Notes: generated from the sequence alone by a model not told the origin. Counted from the first letter of the stretch, positions 38,294 through 50,745 are shown. The stretch is 64,000 nucleotides of DNA from Raillietiella orientalis (GCA_036172245.1 JAYWIR010000015.1:3038001-3102000), one strand, 5' to 3'. Numbers and translations: made by a program.

Positions 38294-39776
38294 CTGGAAG
38301 ACTCGCACCGTTGGCGCTGGGAACGCGGGTCCGCTCCACACCCGCGCGCGCCACGTGCGCGTCGCCACCACGTGCGCACCTTCACCCGCGCCGGACACCC
38401 GCACGACCGCCGCGCCTGCACAGGTCCGCCTGCAAGCCCTTGTGTACATGTACAGTGGTGAGCGGGCACCTGTGTGTGCGCGAGCGCTCGTACGCGTACA
38501 CGGAAGTCCAGGGCGGTGCAAGCGCTGCGGGATCACCTGGCAGCGAGAGGGAGAGAAAGGACACCTCGGCATGCGCGCTGCCCTCCCGTTGCCATGGAGA
38601 TCCGGAAGGGGAGGGCTTCGCAGCGGGACGACGAAGAGGGGCGAAAGCGCCCTCGCGTGCCGAGGAAGGAGTGGGGGAGCGAGGTGAACGAAAAAGCCGC
38701 TTCGAGGTCAAAAAAGCGAGCTGTCTTTTGCCCTCCTCCTCTTCCGCGGGCGGAAAGGGGGAGGGAGAGCGAGCGAACGCACTGCACGCAAGCACGCAGG
38801 AGGGAACAACCGATCGTCGCGGGCGCAGCGGGCGCACCGGCGGCCTCCGGGGTGGGCGGGTGAGAGGTTGCCTCCTCCTCCCCCTTCATCAGGCCGCCGG
38901 CACCTCCGAGGTGCGCGCCTCCTGGCTGTTCCTGGAAGCGGCCGAGTGCGCGCGCGCGCGCGCTTCCCTTTTATTGCCCTGGACGAGCGCGGCGGCCGGT
39001 GTTTACGACGCCACGGCAGCGGCCAATAAATCAATTTGGGCGGCGGCGGCGGCCTGCGCGGAGCGGTGCCGGGCGACCGGGCAATCGACCCGCGCGCGCG
39101 CGCAAAGCCGCCGCCGCCGCCCTCTAATCGTCCGCGGTAGGCAGAAAGGCGCGTCCCCCCCCCCTCTCCTCCCCCCCTCCCCGTACCCTCCGCGTTTATG
39201 ACCATCGCGACCGAGGGCGGGCGGTGGCGGCGTGCCGCTCCCGCACCTTCTTCTCCGCGTCTCCTCCGCTACCCCTCCCCCCCCCCCTCCCTCGACCTAC
39301 CTCCCCCCTTTGACGTTTTCTTCCGTCGCTTCCTTCCCCTCCCTCCCTCCCGGCGCGCGCGCGCGCGCGCTGGCCCACACAGCGACATCCCACGGGTCTC
39401 CCCCCCCCCCTTCCCGTCCGACGTTGGTGGCTCGCGGTCACCTCCGCCGGTCGAACGCACGGCGGGCAGACGCTTCCGCCCTTGTGCGTGCGTGCGTGCG
39501 TGCGTGTCAGCACGGGTGCGGCGCGCGGGAGCTTCGTCCACAACCGTGGGGAGCGTGCGGACGGACGCACGGGCGCGCCACCAATGTACTGCCTGGGAGC
39601 GCTCGCGTGAGCTTGGGCACACATGGGGCACGCAAACACGCGGTCGCGCGCGACCCCGGTCATTCGAGCACGCTCGTCGCGGGGGCGCGAGACGTCCGCG
39701 CGCGCGCATATGGTGCCTGCGTCCCTTTCCCCCCCCCCTCAATCTGCAGGCACGCCCGGGTGCGCCCTCTCGTTAC

Positions 39777-39980
39777 CTGCCGGACGAGGTGCCGGAAGTG
39801 GGGGGCGTTGGACTCGAGCCGCTCCAGGTCGTGCTGCAGGGCGAACTCCGAGAGGCTCTTCCAGGGCGGCTGGTACGTCTGGATCTCGATGGGCTGCAGC
39901 CCGGTCATCTCGTGGCTGACGGGGCTGGAAGCCACCAAGGGAACGGCGTGGACGCCACTCAGGCTCAGTCGGTGGCTCTC
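39777..39980 (-). CDS. Isl: Islet exon encoding the LIM-binding domain (VPLVASSPVSHE...PIEIQTYQPPWKSLSEFAL)
   Basis: Acceptor ctctccttcccag|GAG, donor CAG|gtaacg, 204 nt = 68 codons. Contains the Islet signature YQPPWKxLSxFAL. Confidence 0.96.
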
Positions 39981-41573
39981 CTGGGAAGGAGAGGGCAGTG
40001 GACCGGCGGTCAGCGAGGAAGAGGCAGGAAAGGGGTGCGCGCGTCCCGGGAGGAGGAGGGGGAGGCGATCCCCGGCGCCGCCCCCGTACGAGTGCGCAGG
40101 TGCGCGGCTCCGCACGGGAACCTGCGCCTCCCGCGCCCCCTTCCGATGACGGCGGGGCTCTTCCCCTATGCAAATCTCCCGGAGGCGTCTCCCCGAATCG
40201 TCCACTTCACTCGCGCGGGTCCGCTTGCCCGGGACTCCTCTCGAAACAGCTGCCGGTCTTCACGTCCCGGAAGAGCAAACAAAGGGGAGATCTCCCGGAG
40301 AGCCGGGAAGGGGCCGTCTGGAGCGGCGGCTTCCCCCACCCCCGGCGTCGAGTGTCCTCGCGCCAGAGGAGCGGAGGCGAGGCCGCGCGACGGACCGTTC
40401 CCGCTCGGGAGCCACCTGGACGCTGCCTGGGGAATTCGCAGGAAACGCCGGCAGGGAAGGAGGAAAGGAAAAAGGGGGAAAGGGTGGGAAAGGATTGGAA
40501 AGTTCCCCGAGGGAACATTCCTTTCCGCGAGCGTGGTCCGAGGGCAGGAACGTCGCGACCTCGTGTCAGGTGAGTCGCTGGGCGCGAGTGGGCGGGCGCC
40601 TCTCCAAGGGCATCTGCCCGCGGCCACAGCGCTCAGGGGGAATACGGCCACATCAGCAGCGCGCACCTCCCCTCTCCCGAAAAAGGGTCACGGGTGCGTC
40701 GTCTGCCACACCCTCGAGTCCGTCCCTCGGGAGACGTCCCACTGGTTCTGCGTCCTGGGAGAGCGAAGCCCCCCCGCCGTCGCCATCCCTGCCCCCCGCG
40801 CGGCTGCGTCCCCCTCCCGCGGGGAAAAGTGCGCGCCGCTCGCGCGCTCTCTCTCTTCCCTGCCTACGGTTCCTTCTCTCCAGAGGGAGCTACCGCGGAG
40901 ATGCCTGGACCGCTTCCTCCTCGCTTCAGGGCGGCCCGCACCTCCGCCGGGAGCAGCTCGCGGCGGCAGGAGGAGGAGCCAAGCCCGGAGCTTCCCAACT
41001 TGGCTCCTCCCCCTTCGACGGCAAGGCAGAGGACGAGGCTCAACAGGGAGCTGGCGTTCGCCCGCCGTTCCCTGCAGGAAGCGAATGAAGCGAACCGGGT
41101 TCCGCCATCCCTCTCCTCCCATGAGAAGGCAGTAGTCAGACACCGCCCTATCTCTCGGGGGAAGAGGCGTTGCTGAAGCTCTTTTTGGAGCACCACCCTT
41201 CCGCGGACCCGCAGGCTTCTTCCCGTCCATCCGGGAAGCCAGCAGGAACGCATCCACCCCTTCCTCGCCCTCCCCCCCCCCCCCCGCGCTCTGCGAGCAT
41301 CCCTCCGACGGGAAGAAGATCGCGATGAGCCTCGTGGGAAACGAGAGGAAGAGGGGAGCAAGGGGCAAGGGAGAACGGAACGGACCGGATGGCGGGAAGG
41401 GGGGGGGGACGCCGGGGGCGATCCCCCGGGAGGAGAGGGAGATTTGCCATGTGCGAGTTCCTGCGCACGGGAGCTGGTCGAGGATACGCTGGAGCCGCTT
41501 CCGGGAAGAGGGCCTCCGCCTCGGCCCGGAAGGTGCCCCTCACGCACGCCCACGGGGACGCGCCCGTCGTTAC

Positions 41574-41968
41574 CTGGCTACCCTTCTCCTGCTGGTGCAT
41601 CTGCTTCATGATGATGCTCCTCTTCTTGTCCTTGCAGCGCTTATTCTGGAACCACACCCGGATGACCCTGGAGTTGAGGCCGGTCATCTCCACGAGCTGT
41701 TCCTTCATGAGGGCATCGGGGCGCGGGTTGGCCGAGTAGCACGTGCGCAGCGTGTGCAGCTGCTTCTCGGTCAGCACGGTGCGCACACGCGTCGCCTTCC
41801 CGTCGGACTTGGAGCCGCGCCCCTCCCGCTTGAAGGACGCCGGCGGGGCGGCGCCCCCCCCTCCGGGCCCCGCGGCGGGGGCTGGCTTGCCGGCCGGGGG
41901 CGGCCCGAAGGGCGAGCCCGCGGGGTCGGCGCTCCGGCCCTTGGCGACGTTCAGGGGCTGGGCGTCCT
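41574..41968 (-). CDS. Isl: Islet homeodomain exon
   Basis: [58 protein letters not shown] is an Islet-class homeodomain. Acceptor gacccacag|AG (phase 1), donor CAG|gtaacg (phase 0). Confidence 0.98.
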
Positions 41969-42302
41969 CTGTGGGTCACATGGAAAAAGAGAGAGCGGGA
42001 CGTCCCCGTCAGTACTGCCGCACCCGGGAGCGCGCGCGCCAGCCTAAGCGGGGCGCGAGGGGGGACGAGAGGGGGGACGAGAGGGGGTCCTTTTCCCGCT
42101 CCTCCACTCCCTGCCTTCCCCCTCCACTCCCTCGCGGGCGCGTTGGTCCGGAAAGCAAAGGGGTGGGGTGGAGTGGGGTGGGGGGTGTGTGGGGGGGAAT
42201 GAGGGGGGTGAGCGCGCGCGCTCCTCGGGGGAGAGGGAGGGGGAATGTTCCCGGGGTCGGGTCCGGGGCGGGCTTCCGGGGCAAGGAAGAGCAAAAGGTC
42301 AC

Positions 42303-42601
42303 CTGCCATGTGCAGCTCGTCGTCCGCGGAGAGGCCACCGCCGCCGGCTTTGCCGCCGCCGCGGGCGTCGCTGCAGCCGTTCGAGTCCACCTCGTCGAAG
42401 AGGTGCTCCGAGATCTCGAAGTCCATTTTGCAAAGCAGACCTTCCTCCTCCTTGAGGGCGAACTCGTCCCCGGGGACCAGCTTGCGGTCGCACGCCACGC
42501 ACCGGAAACAGTCCGTGTGGTAGATGGCGTGACGCGCGCGCATCACGAAGTCGTTCTTCTTGAACACTTCGCCGCAGCGGCCGCACTTGATGCTGAACAG
42601 C
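42303..42601 (-). CDS. Isl: Islet LIM2 exon
   Basis: [61 protein letters not shown] has LIM zinc-ligand spacing and the Islet motifs NDFVMRA and PGDEFAL. Acceptor gtattgcag|G, donor GCAG|gtgacc. Confidence 0.97.
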
Positions 42602-44004
42602 CTGCAATACGGGGAGGAGAGGGTCAGGGGGCATGGGGAGCGGCCGGACGAGGGAGGCTTGGACGCGGCGACCCGGAGGGACGGCAACGGAGGCGCGCGA
42701 AGGGAGCAGGTGGGCCAGCGAGGGCGGCGCGACCCTGGAAGGGGGGAAGGAGGAAAACGAAGAGGGACCCCTTCGCCGGAAAGAGGGGCGGAACGGGAGC
42801 GACCGTCCGCCCCTCGGCAGGGGAAGATGGGCCGGGAGAGGGGATCGGGGAACAGGCCGCTCTCTCCTCCCCTCTCTCCCCCACGCCTGCGGGAAGAGGA
42901 ACTGGAGCCTTCCTGGCGATCCCTACCCTAGTGTAGGGACGAGGGAAGGAAGGCGAAGGAAAGGCCTCGAACCTGGCTACGCTTCCCCTCTATCCTTCCT
43001 GGAGGCATACGAGCCGCCACTCCTCGCTCCCTTCCCGTTCCCGTTCAGGACCGAGGACTCCCCCCTCCCCCTCCCACTTTCTTCCCTCGGTGCCCCAGCG
43101 GGGACTCCGCACGAAGGTAACTCCTGGAAGAGGGGAAGGGGAGCCAGCCCGAGAGGTGGTCCTGAATGCGATCCCAAGGTGTTCGCGGAAGGAGCACCCA
43201 AGGAGCTGACCGGGATCGAAGAGGACGGGAACGAACTCCAGACAGGCAGGCGAGCGGGAGTCTCTGGGGAGCACGACCGCCTCCTTCACGTCCCGGACGC
43301 GCCAGTTCGGGAGTGGCAGCGCGCCCCCTTGGAGAGTTCCATTGGGAGGCGCGCCCACCTTCTCGGCATTACGGAGGGAAGCGAAGCATCCGGAGTGCTC
43401 CCTCGAGATGCAGGGGAGGATGGGATGGCCGCCGGGTCGCACGACGGGATCTCCACTGCGGTGAACGAACCGACCTCGAAGGAGCATCCGGAGATTGCAG
43501 GGAGAGGGGACTCCGGGATGAAGAGGGACGCCTCCTGTTCCCGGAGAGGAGATGGAGCAGGCTGAACTTTTTTCTCTCACTCTCTCCCGAGGGAGAGAGC
43601 AGCGTGCGTCCTCCTCAGAAGCACCCCGGGTGAGAAACGAACCCCACGTTCGAAGGGACAGGGGGTTCTCTCGAGGAGAATCGGGAGAGGGGAGAAAGCC
43701 GGAGGTGGAAAGAAGTCCTCCTTCCTCCTCCCCAAGGTGGCACTCACTCACCGCTCGCTTCCGGCAACCCCGGCAAGGATGGGGGCGGAAAGGGGAACAC
43801 TCCCCTTCTTTCTCCCCGCGAGCTCTGAGGGAGATGAGTGGCGCAGGCCGTCCTGTCCAAGGAGGCGTTCCCCTCCTTCCCGGCGCAGGGCCGTCGGGTG
43901 CGAGGCGGCCGGCCGGAAAGGGGTCAGGAGGAAGGGTAGAAGGGCGCGTGGGTAGGTGTCTCGCCCCCGCGCCCACCCCACTCCCTGAGCGGTGGGCGAC
44001 GCAC

Positions 44005-44193
44005 CTGACGTAGCACACCCTGCAGAACGTCTTGCTATCCCGGACGAAGCACGTGCACGTCTCATCCAGGAACTGCAGGCAGTCGGCGCACTTGAGGCAC
44101 TTGGCGTGCCACTCCAGATCCGGCGCCACCCTCAGGATGTACTGGTCCTGGATGGGCGAGCAGCAGCCCGCGCACACGCTTATGTTCTTCATC
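44005..44193 (-). CDS. Isl: Islet LIM1 exon
   Basis: [63 protein letters not shown] matches Islet LIM1 (DQYILRVxPDLEWH). Acceptor ttcctgcccag|G, donor AG|gtgcgt. The 5' boundary could alternatively be 44359, or translation could start at the ATG at 44192. Confidence 0.95.
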
Positions 44194-47100
44194 CTGGGCA
44201 GGAACAGGGACATCCACAGAACCCGGGGAGGGAGGGAGGGAGGGAGAGGAGGGGGGACCGAGGGAAAGGGGACTCCGCGCCGTCCGCTCCTCACTGAGGG
44301 ACGATCCTCGGCCTCGTCTCTCGGGGGAGGAGGCTTTCCTGCTTGATCCAGAGGAGAACCTGCAAGAGGAGAGAGCTGCGGGATGCTGAGACGGGCGCCC
44401 GTCTGCCTCTTCCCCCGACCCCTGGAACGTCCTCCTCCTCCTCCCGCTCCTCGATCCTGTAACGAATTCTCTCGTCCCGCTTGTAGCGGGGCGAATCGGG
44501 AACGAGAGTCTGCTGCCCCTCGAGAAACCGGAACCCGAGGCGGTGGGAGTTACGTTCCTTCCCGCGCCCCTCGCCCTCGTAGGGGCGGGAGGCGGTGCGT
44601 GTCCCCGTTTTGGCATCGTCCGGTGCCCTCGCAGCGAAGCGCAGAAAGGGTAAGCTTCGCGACCCCCGCAGCCTCCCCTCCGATCCTTTTCCCTGTTCTT
44701 CTCCAGGGGGTGGCTTGGGTTCAGGAAGGAAGGGGGATAGGCGAGGAAAGAGGGGATGTGCAGCTCCCGGCTCCGTCGGGTTGCCTGCCGGCCAGGCAAC
44801 CCGACGCTGGGATCCGCGAGGAGGGAGCAAACCGATCCTCCCCCCGAGACGTGACCGCGCGCACTCCCGTTCGGTCCCGTTCCTGGGCGGCGGCGCCCGT
44901 CTCCTTCGGTTTCAAGCGGCTGGAAGGCGCTGCTCTCCCCGCGTGCTTTCGCTCGCAGTTTCCCACCGCGACGGAGCCTCCGGTGGGGAACTGGCGGGAG
45001 GGGGGGAAGTCCGGTGGGTGGGATGGAGATTGACCCGCCCTGTCCGCGGCCCGTGCCGGTGGGAAGGTGGGGAGGATCGGTCCTATCCCACGAGAGAGCC
45101 CGAGCGGTGGTGGGGGTGCCGTACTCCTCGGGAAAGATAAAACTGGGCGGCGGAAAGGGAGGAGAGTGTGACTTCCCCGTGCCCTTCCCTTCCCTCTTCC
45201 TCTGGGAAGAAGTCGGCGCGAGCCGACGGCCCGACGGCTCTTCCCGCGAAGGGTAGGCAAAACCGCAATGCACGAAAGCGTCGGCTCTCCTCCTCCCCCC
45301 CCCTTCGGTAATGACGACAACAAGCGGATGCATTGAGATGGACCTGGGGAGACAAGGGGTCGGAGAGGAGGAGTCTCCTCACCCGCTGGGATCCTCAGCT
45401 GCAGCGGCCAGCGACCCCGCTCCATACCCGACCATTCCGCAGCCGGGAGGAGAAGGAGAGAGTAGGGTAGGGGACGGAAGAAGCCCCTAAGAGGGACGGG
45501 GATGGGGTGGGAGGCACTCTCGAGGGGGAAGGGAAGGAGGGTGTAGGATAACCAAGGAGGAAGAGGAAGGCGACTGACTCCAAACGACCGTGGAACGGGC
45601 AACACTCGTGGGGCTACCCCTGACCGGGAGCGATGAAGGGCCGTCCCCGCTCACAGGTGCTGAGAGACGCCCTCTGAAGGCCCGCGACGACGACCCACGC
45701 GCCTTTTCTCCCCGGGAAGGCTGCGGAGGAACGCGCGCTCTCGCGGTTCGCTCGCGGCAGCTGCGCTCTCCGGGACGGAGCGCAGGGGTCCGCGGCGGCG
45801 ATCACCCCTAATCAGGACGCGCGTGCTGTCCCCCTCTGACGAACCGCACGCAGCGCCGCCGCCAGCCCGACCCTTAAAGCAGAGGGCGCGTGTCCGATGC
45901 GACCGCAGCCCCCGAATTGGGGTGGTTTCTGACACAACGGGCGGCCGCCGCCGCCGCCGCTTCGAGGGTGGCTCGCGGCGAAGAGCTGGCCGCTTCGGGT
46001 GCGCCTCCGATCCCTCGCCCCACCAGCCTGCAGACGACCTCAGAACGCCTGCGGGGAGCGCAGAAAAGCGGGCTGGGCCCACGGGAAAAGAAAGGGTCGC
46101 GCCTCCTCCTCCCTTCTCTCTCCTCTCCCCCTTTCCTCACTCCTGCCCCCCTGCCGATGCGGCGCGCGCCTTCCTGCCGCCTCTGGGGGCCGTGTAACCC
46201 CGGGGAAGATCGCCGAGGGCTCCCCCGACCGGCGGGGAATCACCCCTTCCTCTTCTCCTTTTACCCTGCTTCCGGGTTCGGGAGGCAGGGCGGGCGCCCC
46301 CGACGCGCTGTCGCCGGAAGGCTGCCCTTCCGGCGATGTCCCGCGACCGACCTCATCCCGGGAGCAATTAGCAACTGCCTTTTCCGTCGTCAAGGAGACG
46401 ATGACGGGCGGGGAGGACGGGTAGCGCCACAGACAGGTGTTGCGACCGCGGTGATGAAAGAGCTGACGCGGGTCGCGTCAGGTCGGGCCAATTAGCGCCA
46501 GTCGCGCGCGCCCTCTCCGTGACCCCAGATCTCTGGGGTCGATAAGGGCATGAGTGGAGGAGGAGGGGGAGGAGGAGGAGGAGACTTCTCGAAGCGCTCG
46601 CTCCTCCAATCCTCCCCCTTCCATTTTCCCTCTTCTGCGACGTTTTCCAGGTTACCGCGTACCATGGGGGTGGGAAGCGCACGCAAGGGGGATGGGGGGG
46701 AAGGAAGGATACGGGTGCATTCCCGGATCAAGGAAGAGGCTGGCCTCCCCACCCCTTTTCTTCCTCCACGCCGAACCTCCCGTCCCCGCGCACACTCTGC
46801 TCCCAGCCGCTGGGAGGAAGGGGAGGAAGGAATCGCAGGGCAGGGCACAATCCGTTTCCAGGGGGCCAGATGGAGAACGCTCCTCACTACCTTTCGATCC
46901 CACTCCAGCACGACCCTCTCCCCACTCCGCCTGACCGGTGGGGGGAGGAGGAATGGGCCCGGCAGACGGGGGCAGCCCTGAAGGAGAAAGCGTCCCTAGG
47001 GGAAGTCGCGTGCGGCTCCGGGGTGAATCGGGCGAAGAAAGCGCCCCCTCCTCCCTCACCTCCCCACGCCGTCTTCCTTCTTTCACCCCTTCTGTTCCCG

Positions 47101-47216
47101 CTCCACCCGGGCGCACGTACCTCAGGACACGACAGGCTGCTTCGCTTCCTGGATACGGGGGCGGCGGGCTGAGCGCACCGCTCCCGCATAAGGCGGACGC
47201 GCGCGTGGGCACTCAC

Positions 47217-47263
47217 GGTAGGGGCGACCGGAAAGCTCCCACGGACTCACTGGCAACGCACAT
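47217..47263 (-). CDS. Isl: Candidate Islet first coding exon (MCVASESVGAFRSPLP)
   Basis: ATG at 47263 and consensus donor CC|gtgagt at 47216 in phase 2, matching the 44193 acceptor. Lies just downstream of CCAAT and GC boxes. No homology support. Confidence 0.5.
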
Positions 47264-47299
47264 CGCCTAGCACTGCGCACGGCACTACCGGGCGCCCGA

Positions 47300-47480
47300 C
47301 GAGGAATCGCGGTCTAGCCGCGTGGAGAGCGCAGTTCGTCGTCAAGGCCCCGCCCCCGCCGCCGGCCGGCCGGCGAACGAGCTCTATGATTGGTCGGGCG
47401 CGGGGAAGCCGCCTCACACGCCCCGCCTACCGAACGGGCCGCGGTCTTGGAGGCGACTTCCCGTCCGCCGTCCATTGGAC
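47300..47480 (-). promoter_or_regulatory. Candidate Islet promoter (CpG-rich, two CCAAT boxes and a GC box)
   Basis: Minus-strand CCAAT at 47478-47474 and 47393-47389, and GGGGCGGGG at 47356-47348, 85-215 nt upstream of the candidate ATG. Confidence 0.45.
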
Positions 47481-50400
47481 GACGACGACGACGGCGCGTC
47501 TCCACCGTCTCTCGCTCGTTCCCTTCCTTACCTCTCCCACTCTCTCTCTCTCTCCCTCCCTCCTTCCCCCCCTCCTCGCCCGCCTCCTACTCCCCCCTCC
47601 CCCCTCCGTTTCCCTTCGTTTCGGATTCCGCAGCTGCCGTCGCCGCCGCCGCTCGCCATCCTCGCCGCCCGCCGTTTCCTTTCCTTGCTTTCCCGTCCTC
47701 TCTTCTCCCCATTCCCCACTTCCTCCCCTCCTCTCTCCTCTCCCCTGGCCCCAGACACGCTCCGCTGACTCCACGAGCGCTGCCTGGGAGCCGCGAGGGA
47801 CGTCTGCGCTCTCCCATGAGTGCTCCCGCCCTACGCAAGCACGGAGTGGGCTCCCCTCCTCCCTTCTCCCGTCCCGTGACGCACGGGGATCCAGCAACGA
47901 AGTCAAGCAGGAGCAGCTCCTGAGTGCGCGCACGCGTTCCCTGAAATTCTGGCGCTTCCCTTCCAGCTGGAGGGCGTCTCCATCTTTCTTCACCTCCCTC
48001 CCATCCACGCCCTTCGCATCCCCGTTCCCCGGGATGAAAGGGATTGCTCCCCGAGCTGAATGTACAGGTGCCCGCTTCCCGCCGACGTGGGCTCCTTCCT
48101 TCGCGATTCCCCTCCCGCGAGCGCGAAGGCTTGGATCCCCCCTCCCCTTACCAGTCGGCTCCTCGAGCTGCTTCCCCCCCCGGGATTCCAAGGGCACCTG
48201 CCCATCCTCCTCTTCTCCCGCTTCCCCTCGGCTCTCCACGAGCCTCACAGCCCACGGCAACGCTCCACCGAAACCATCGAGCGCGTTCTGCCGATGCCGC
48301 TACTCTTCTCCCCAAACGAGCTCCTTGGAGACCAATGGTTTGCGGAAGAGGGTACCCTGCGAGCACTAGGGAAGGGATCGCCCTGAAGCTCTGGCACCGG
48401 GCAGAGGAGGTCCTGCATCATCCACCCTTCCCGTCTTCCCTTCCTTTCTCTCTAATCCCGAGCGCCTCCTGAAAGGAAATCAAGGAGGAATATATAGGAG
48501 CTCTTTGAGCTCCCCTATTAGGCCCGGACCTCATTCAAGAATTCCCGCTCCCTGAGTCAGAGCCACGACGTCGTGCGAAGAGCTTGCCCAAGGGACGACT
48601 CCTTCAAAGGAACGGGTTCTTTGTAGAGAGGACGACCTCCGACGCAAGAAAGACGCAGGAAACAGGGAGCGACGGATCAACTCCCGATGAGTTCGACTGT
48701 TCGCTACGCTCTCCAGCTCTGAGAACCTTTCTCTCCCCTCCCCCTCTCCTTCTCTTCCCCTTTGTCCTTCCCCCCCTTTCTATGGCTCATCACAGCACGT
48801 TCCTCTCCCGATATCCTCTGGTTCTCTCGTCCTTCTGTTGAGAGGAGCGCATTCGTTTCCCACATCTTCCAGCGAGATGGTGAAGAGGAGGAGAGGGAGG
48901 GAAGCGGAGGGGGGAGGTAGAGAAGAGGCTTGGACTACGAGAATGGGAACCGGATGCAGTCGTAGAGACCCGGCTGGGGGAAAGAAACTGGACGTCCCTT
49001 GCCGGTCACGCGACTGGAGCAAGGGAGGAGACCTTTCTTTTATCTCGGCGATCCGAAACTGGATGGATGCCCGTGGAACGCTCGGGCCTTCCTGCTCTTC
49101 CCTTATTTCCCGTTTCCCTTCCTCTTTCCTTTGAGAGCCTCGCTTGCCTTCCACCCTTTCCTCCCCAGCAGCGGCCAGCCATTACTACGACCCCTGGTCC
49201 GTGCGGAGACGAGGATCCAGCGGGAGAACGACGATGAAGAAGCTCTCACAAACAAAATTTCCTTCCTCTCCCCCACGATACGCTCCCGTAAGCAAACGCC
49301 TTATGGATGGGAACTGCGATTCCCGATTAATTCCCGATTCGTCAGGAAAGATAACTCCTTTTTTGAGTTCGCAGGACGATGCAAGGCGCCTGCCTCCTCC
49401 AGAAGTGGACCGACGCGCTGAAAGAAGGCTCCGTACGACTCGTAGAGTCGGAGAGACTGCTAACGTGACGACGATTGTTGCCGGCGATTACCAGCGGCTG
49501 AGAGCGGGTCGCGAGCCAAGGTCACCGATTGTCGTCGTCACCATAGTAGCACGCTGAAAATTCTCGTCGCATTTGGGACCTCCCTGGATCCTCGGAGTTG
49601 CGTTGCCTTTCTCCCCACGTGGAGGAAGGCCGGATGCAAGGATCCCTGGGGGAGCCGGCAAGGAGGGGATGGGCCCACGAGCAGCGTTCTAGGGAGAGCC
49701 AGGGATAGCGAGTCAGCTGGCGTCCGAAGACAATAAGTGCAGGAATAGAACTCCCTTCCGAGTGTCAGGAGCAATTGCACACTCCCATTCCGGGAGTAAA
49801 TCCCAGACTCCCAGACGAAGACGTGGAGACTGACGGCTGTCAGGAGGAGGGTGGACAGCTCCCTAGGCGGGGGCAGGTACGGTGGCATGTCTCCGAGATT
49901 CGTCCCATCCATTCTCTCTCTGGGAAGCAATCCTGGAAAAAATGGCCACCGACGAACGAGCGTGCCCGGAGCCACGTAAGCGTGGACTGGAAGCAAGAAG
50001 GGACAAGATTGTGCGAGGCTGGATACTGTGACTGAAAGTGACCTCGGCGATGAGGATCCTGCTGAGCGACCCATCACCGTTGGCAGAATGTGCTCGCCTG
50101 GCCCTCGAAGGGGTTGCCAGCGTCTCCGTGCCAAAGATCCGGCCGGGATTTTCCTCCGAGGTCTTTCCAGGAGACTGGCGCCTCGGATATCCGTGTCCTC
50201 GATGCCTCGTTGCTTGAGAAGATCCCAGAGCGCAGGGTCGGCATGTCGCTAAGTGACCCAGGAGTCAAAGGTCCTCGGTAGCCGGTCGCCTGCTCGCCTC
50301 CTCCTTCCCGGAGAAGGATGAGACCGGCTCAGGTTCCCTCGTGGGTAGTGTCCCACCGTTCCCACTACACTTCGCGTTTGTCGGCGAACTCCGCTCGTTC

Positions 50401-50745
50401 ATCTCAAGGCCAGGTCACTGAGGGAGAAAGAAAAAGGGGAAAAAAACATGGGAGAGAGGCTCAAAAAAAAAAAAAAAAAAAACCAGGAGGAGGAAAAATG
50501 ACCGCCTCTGTCGGGACGAAGTGGAAAGACGGCCGCAGGGGGGGAGGAGCAGCAGCGCGTGACTCGCGGTCACACTGCCCTCCGAGATGACAACCCAGCA
50601 TCTCTTCTGCGTGTCCTCCGTCTCGCCACGTTGAGAGTTCTCACGAGGAGAGGGAGGGGGGGGGGGGAAGATGGGGAAGGGCGAGTGGGGAGGCGACGCG
50701 CGCCCACTCGCCGTCCTCTCTCGCTACCACGCCCCTTTCCAATCG

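Larger units (their letters stand above)
38144..47263 (-). other. Isl: Islet/tailup LIM-homeobox gene, overall coding span (6 coding exons, about 427 aa if candidate exon 1 is right)
   Basis: Exon lengths 47+189+299+395+204+150 = 1284 nt = 427 aa + stop. All introns are GT-AG with matching phases (2,2,1,0,0). Domain order LIM1-LIM2-homeodomain-LBD is diagnostic of the Islet family. Confidence 0.93.

Noticed and set aside
39198..41135. 645-aa plus-strand ORF, the longest in the track
   Set aside because: Antisense to an Islet exon and introns, R/G/P/A low-complexity, no domain; explained by stop-codon scarcity.
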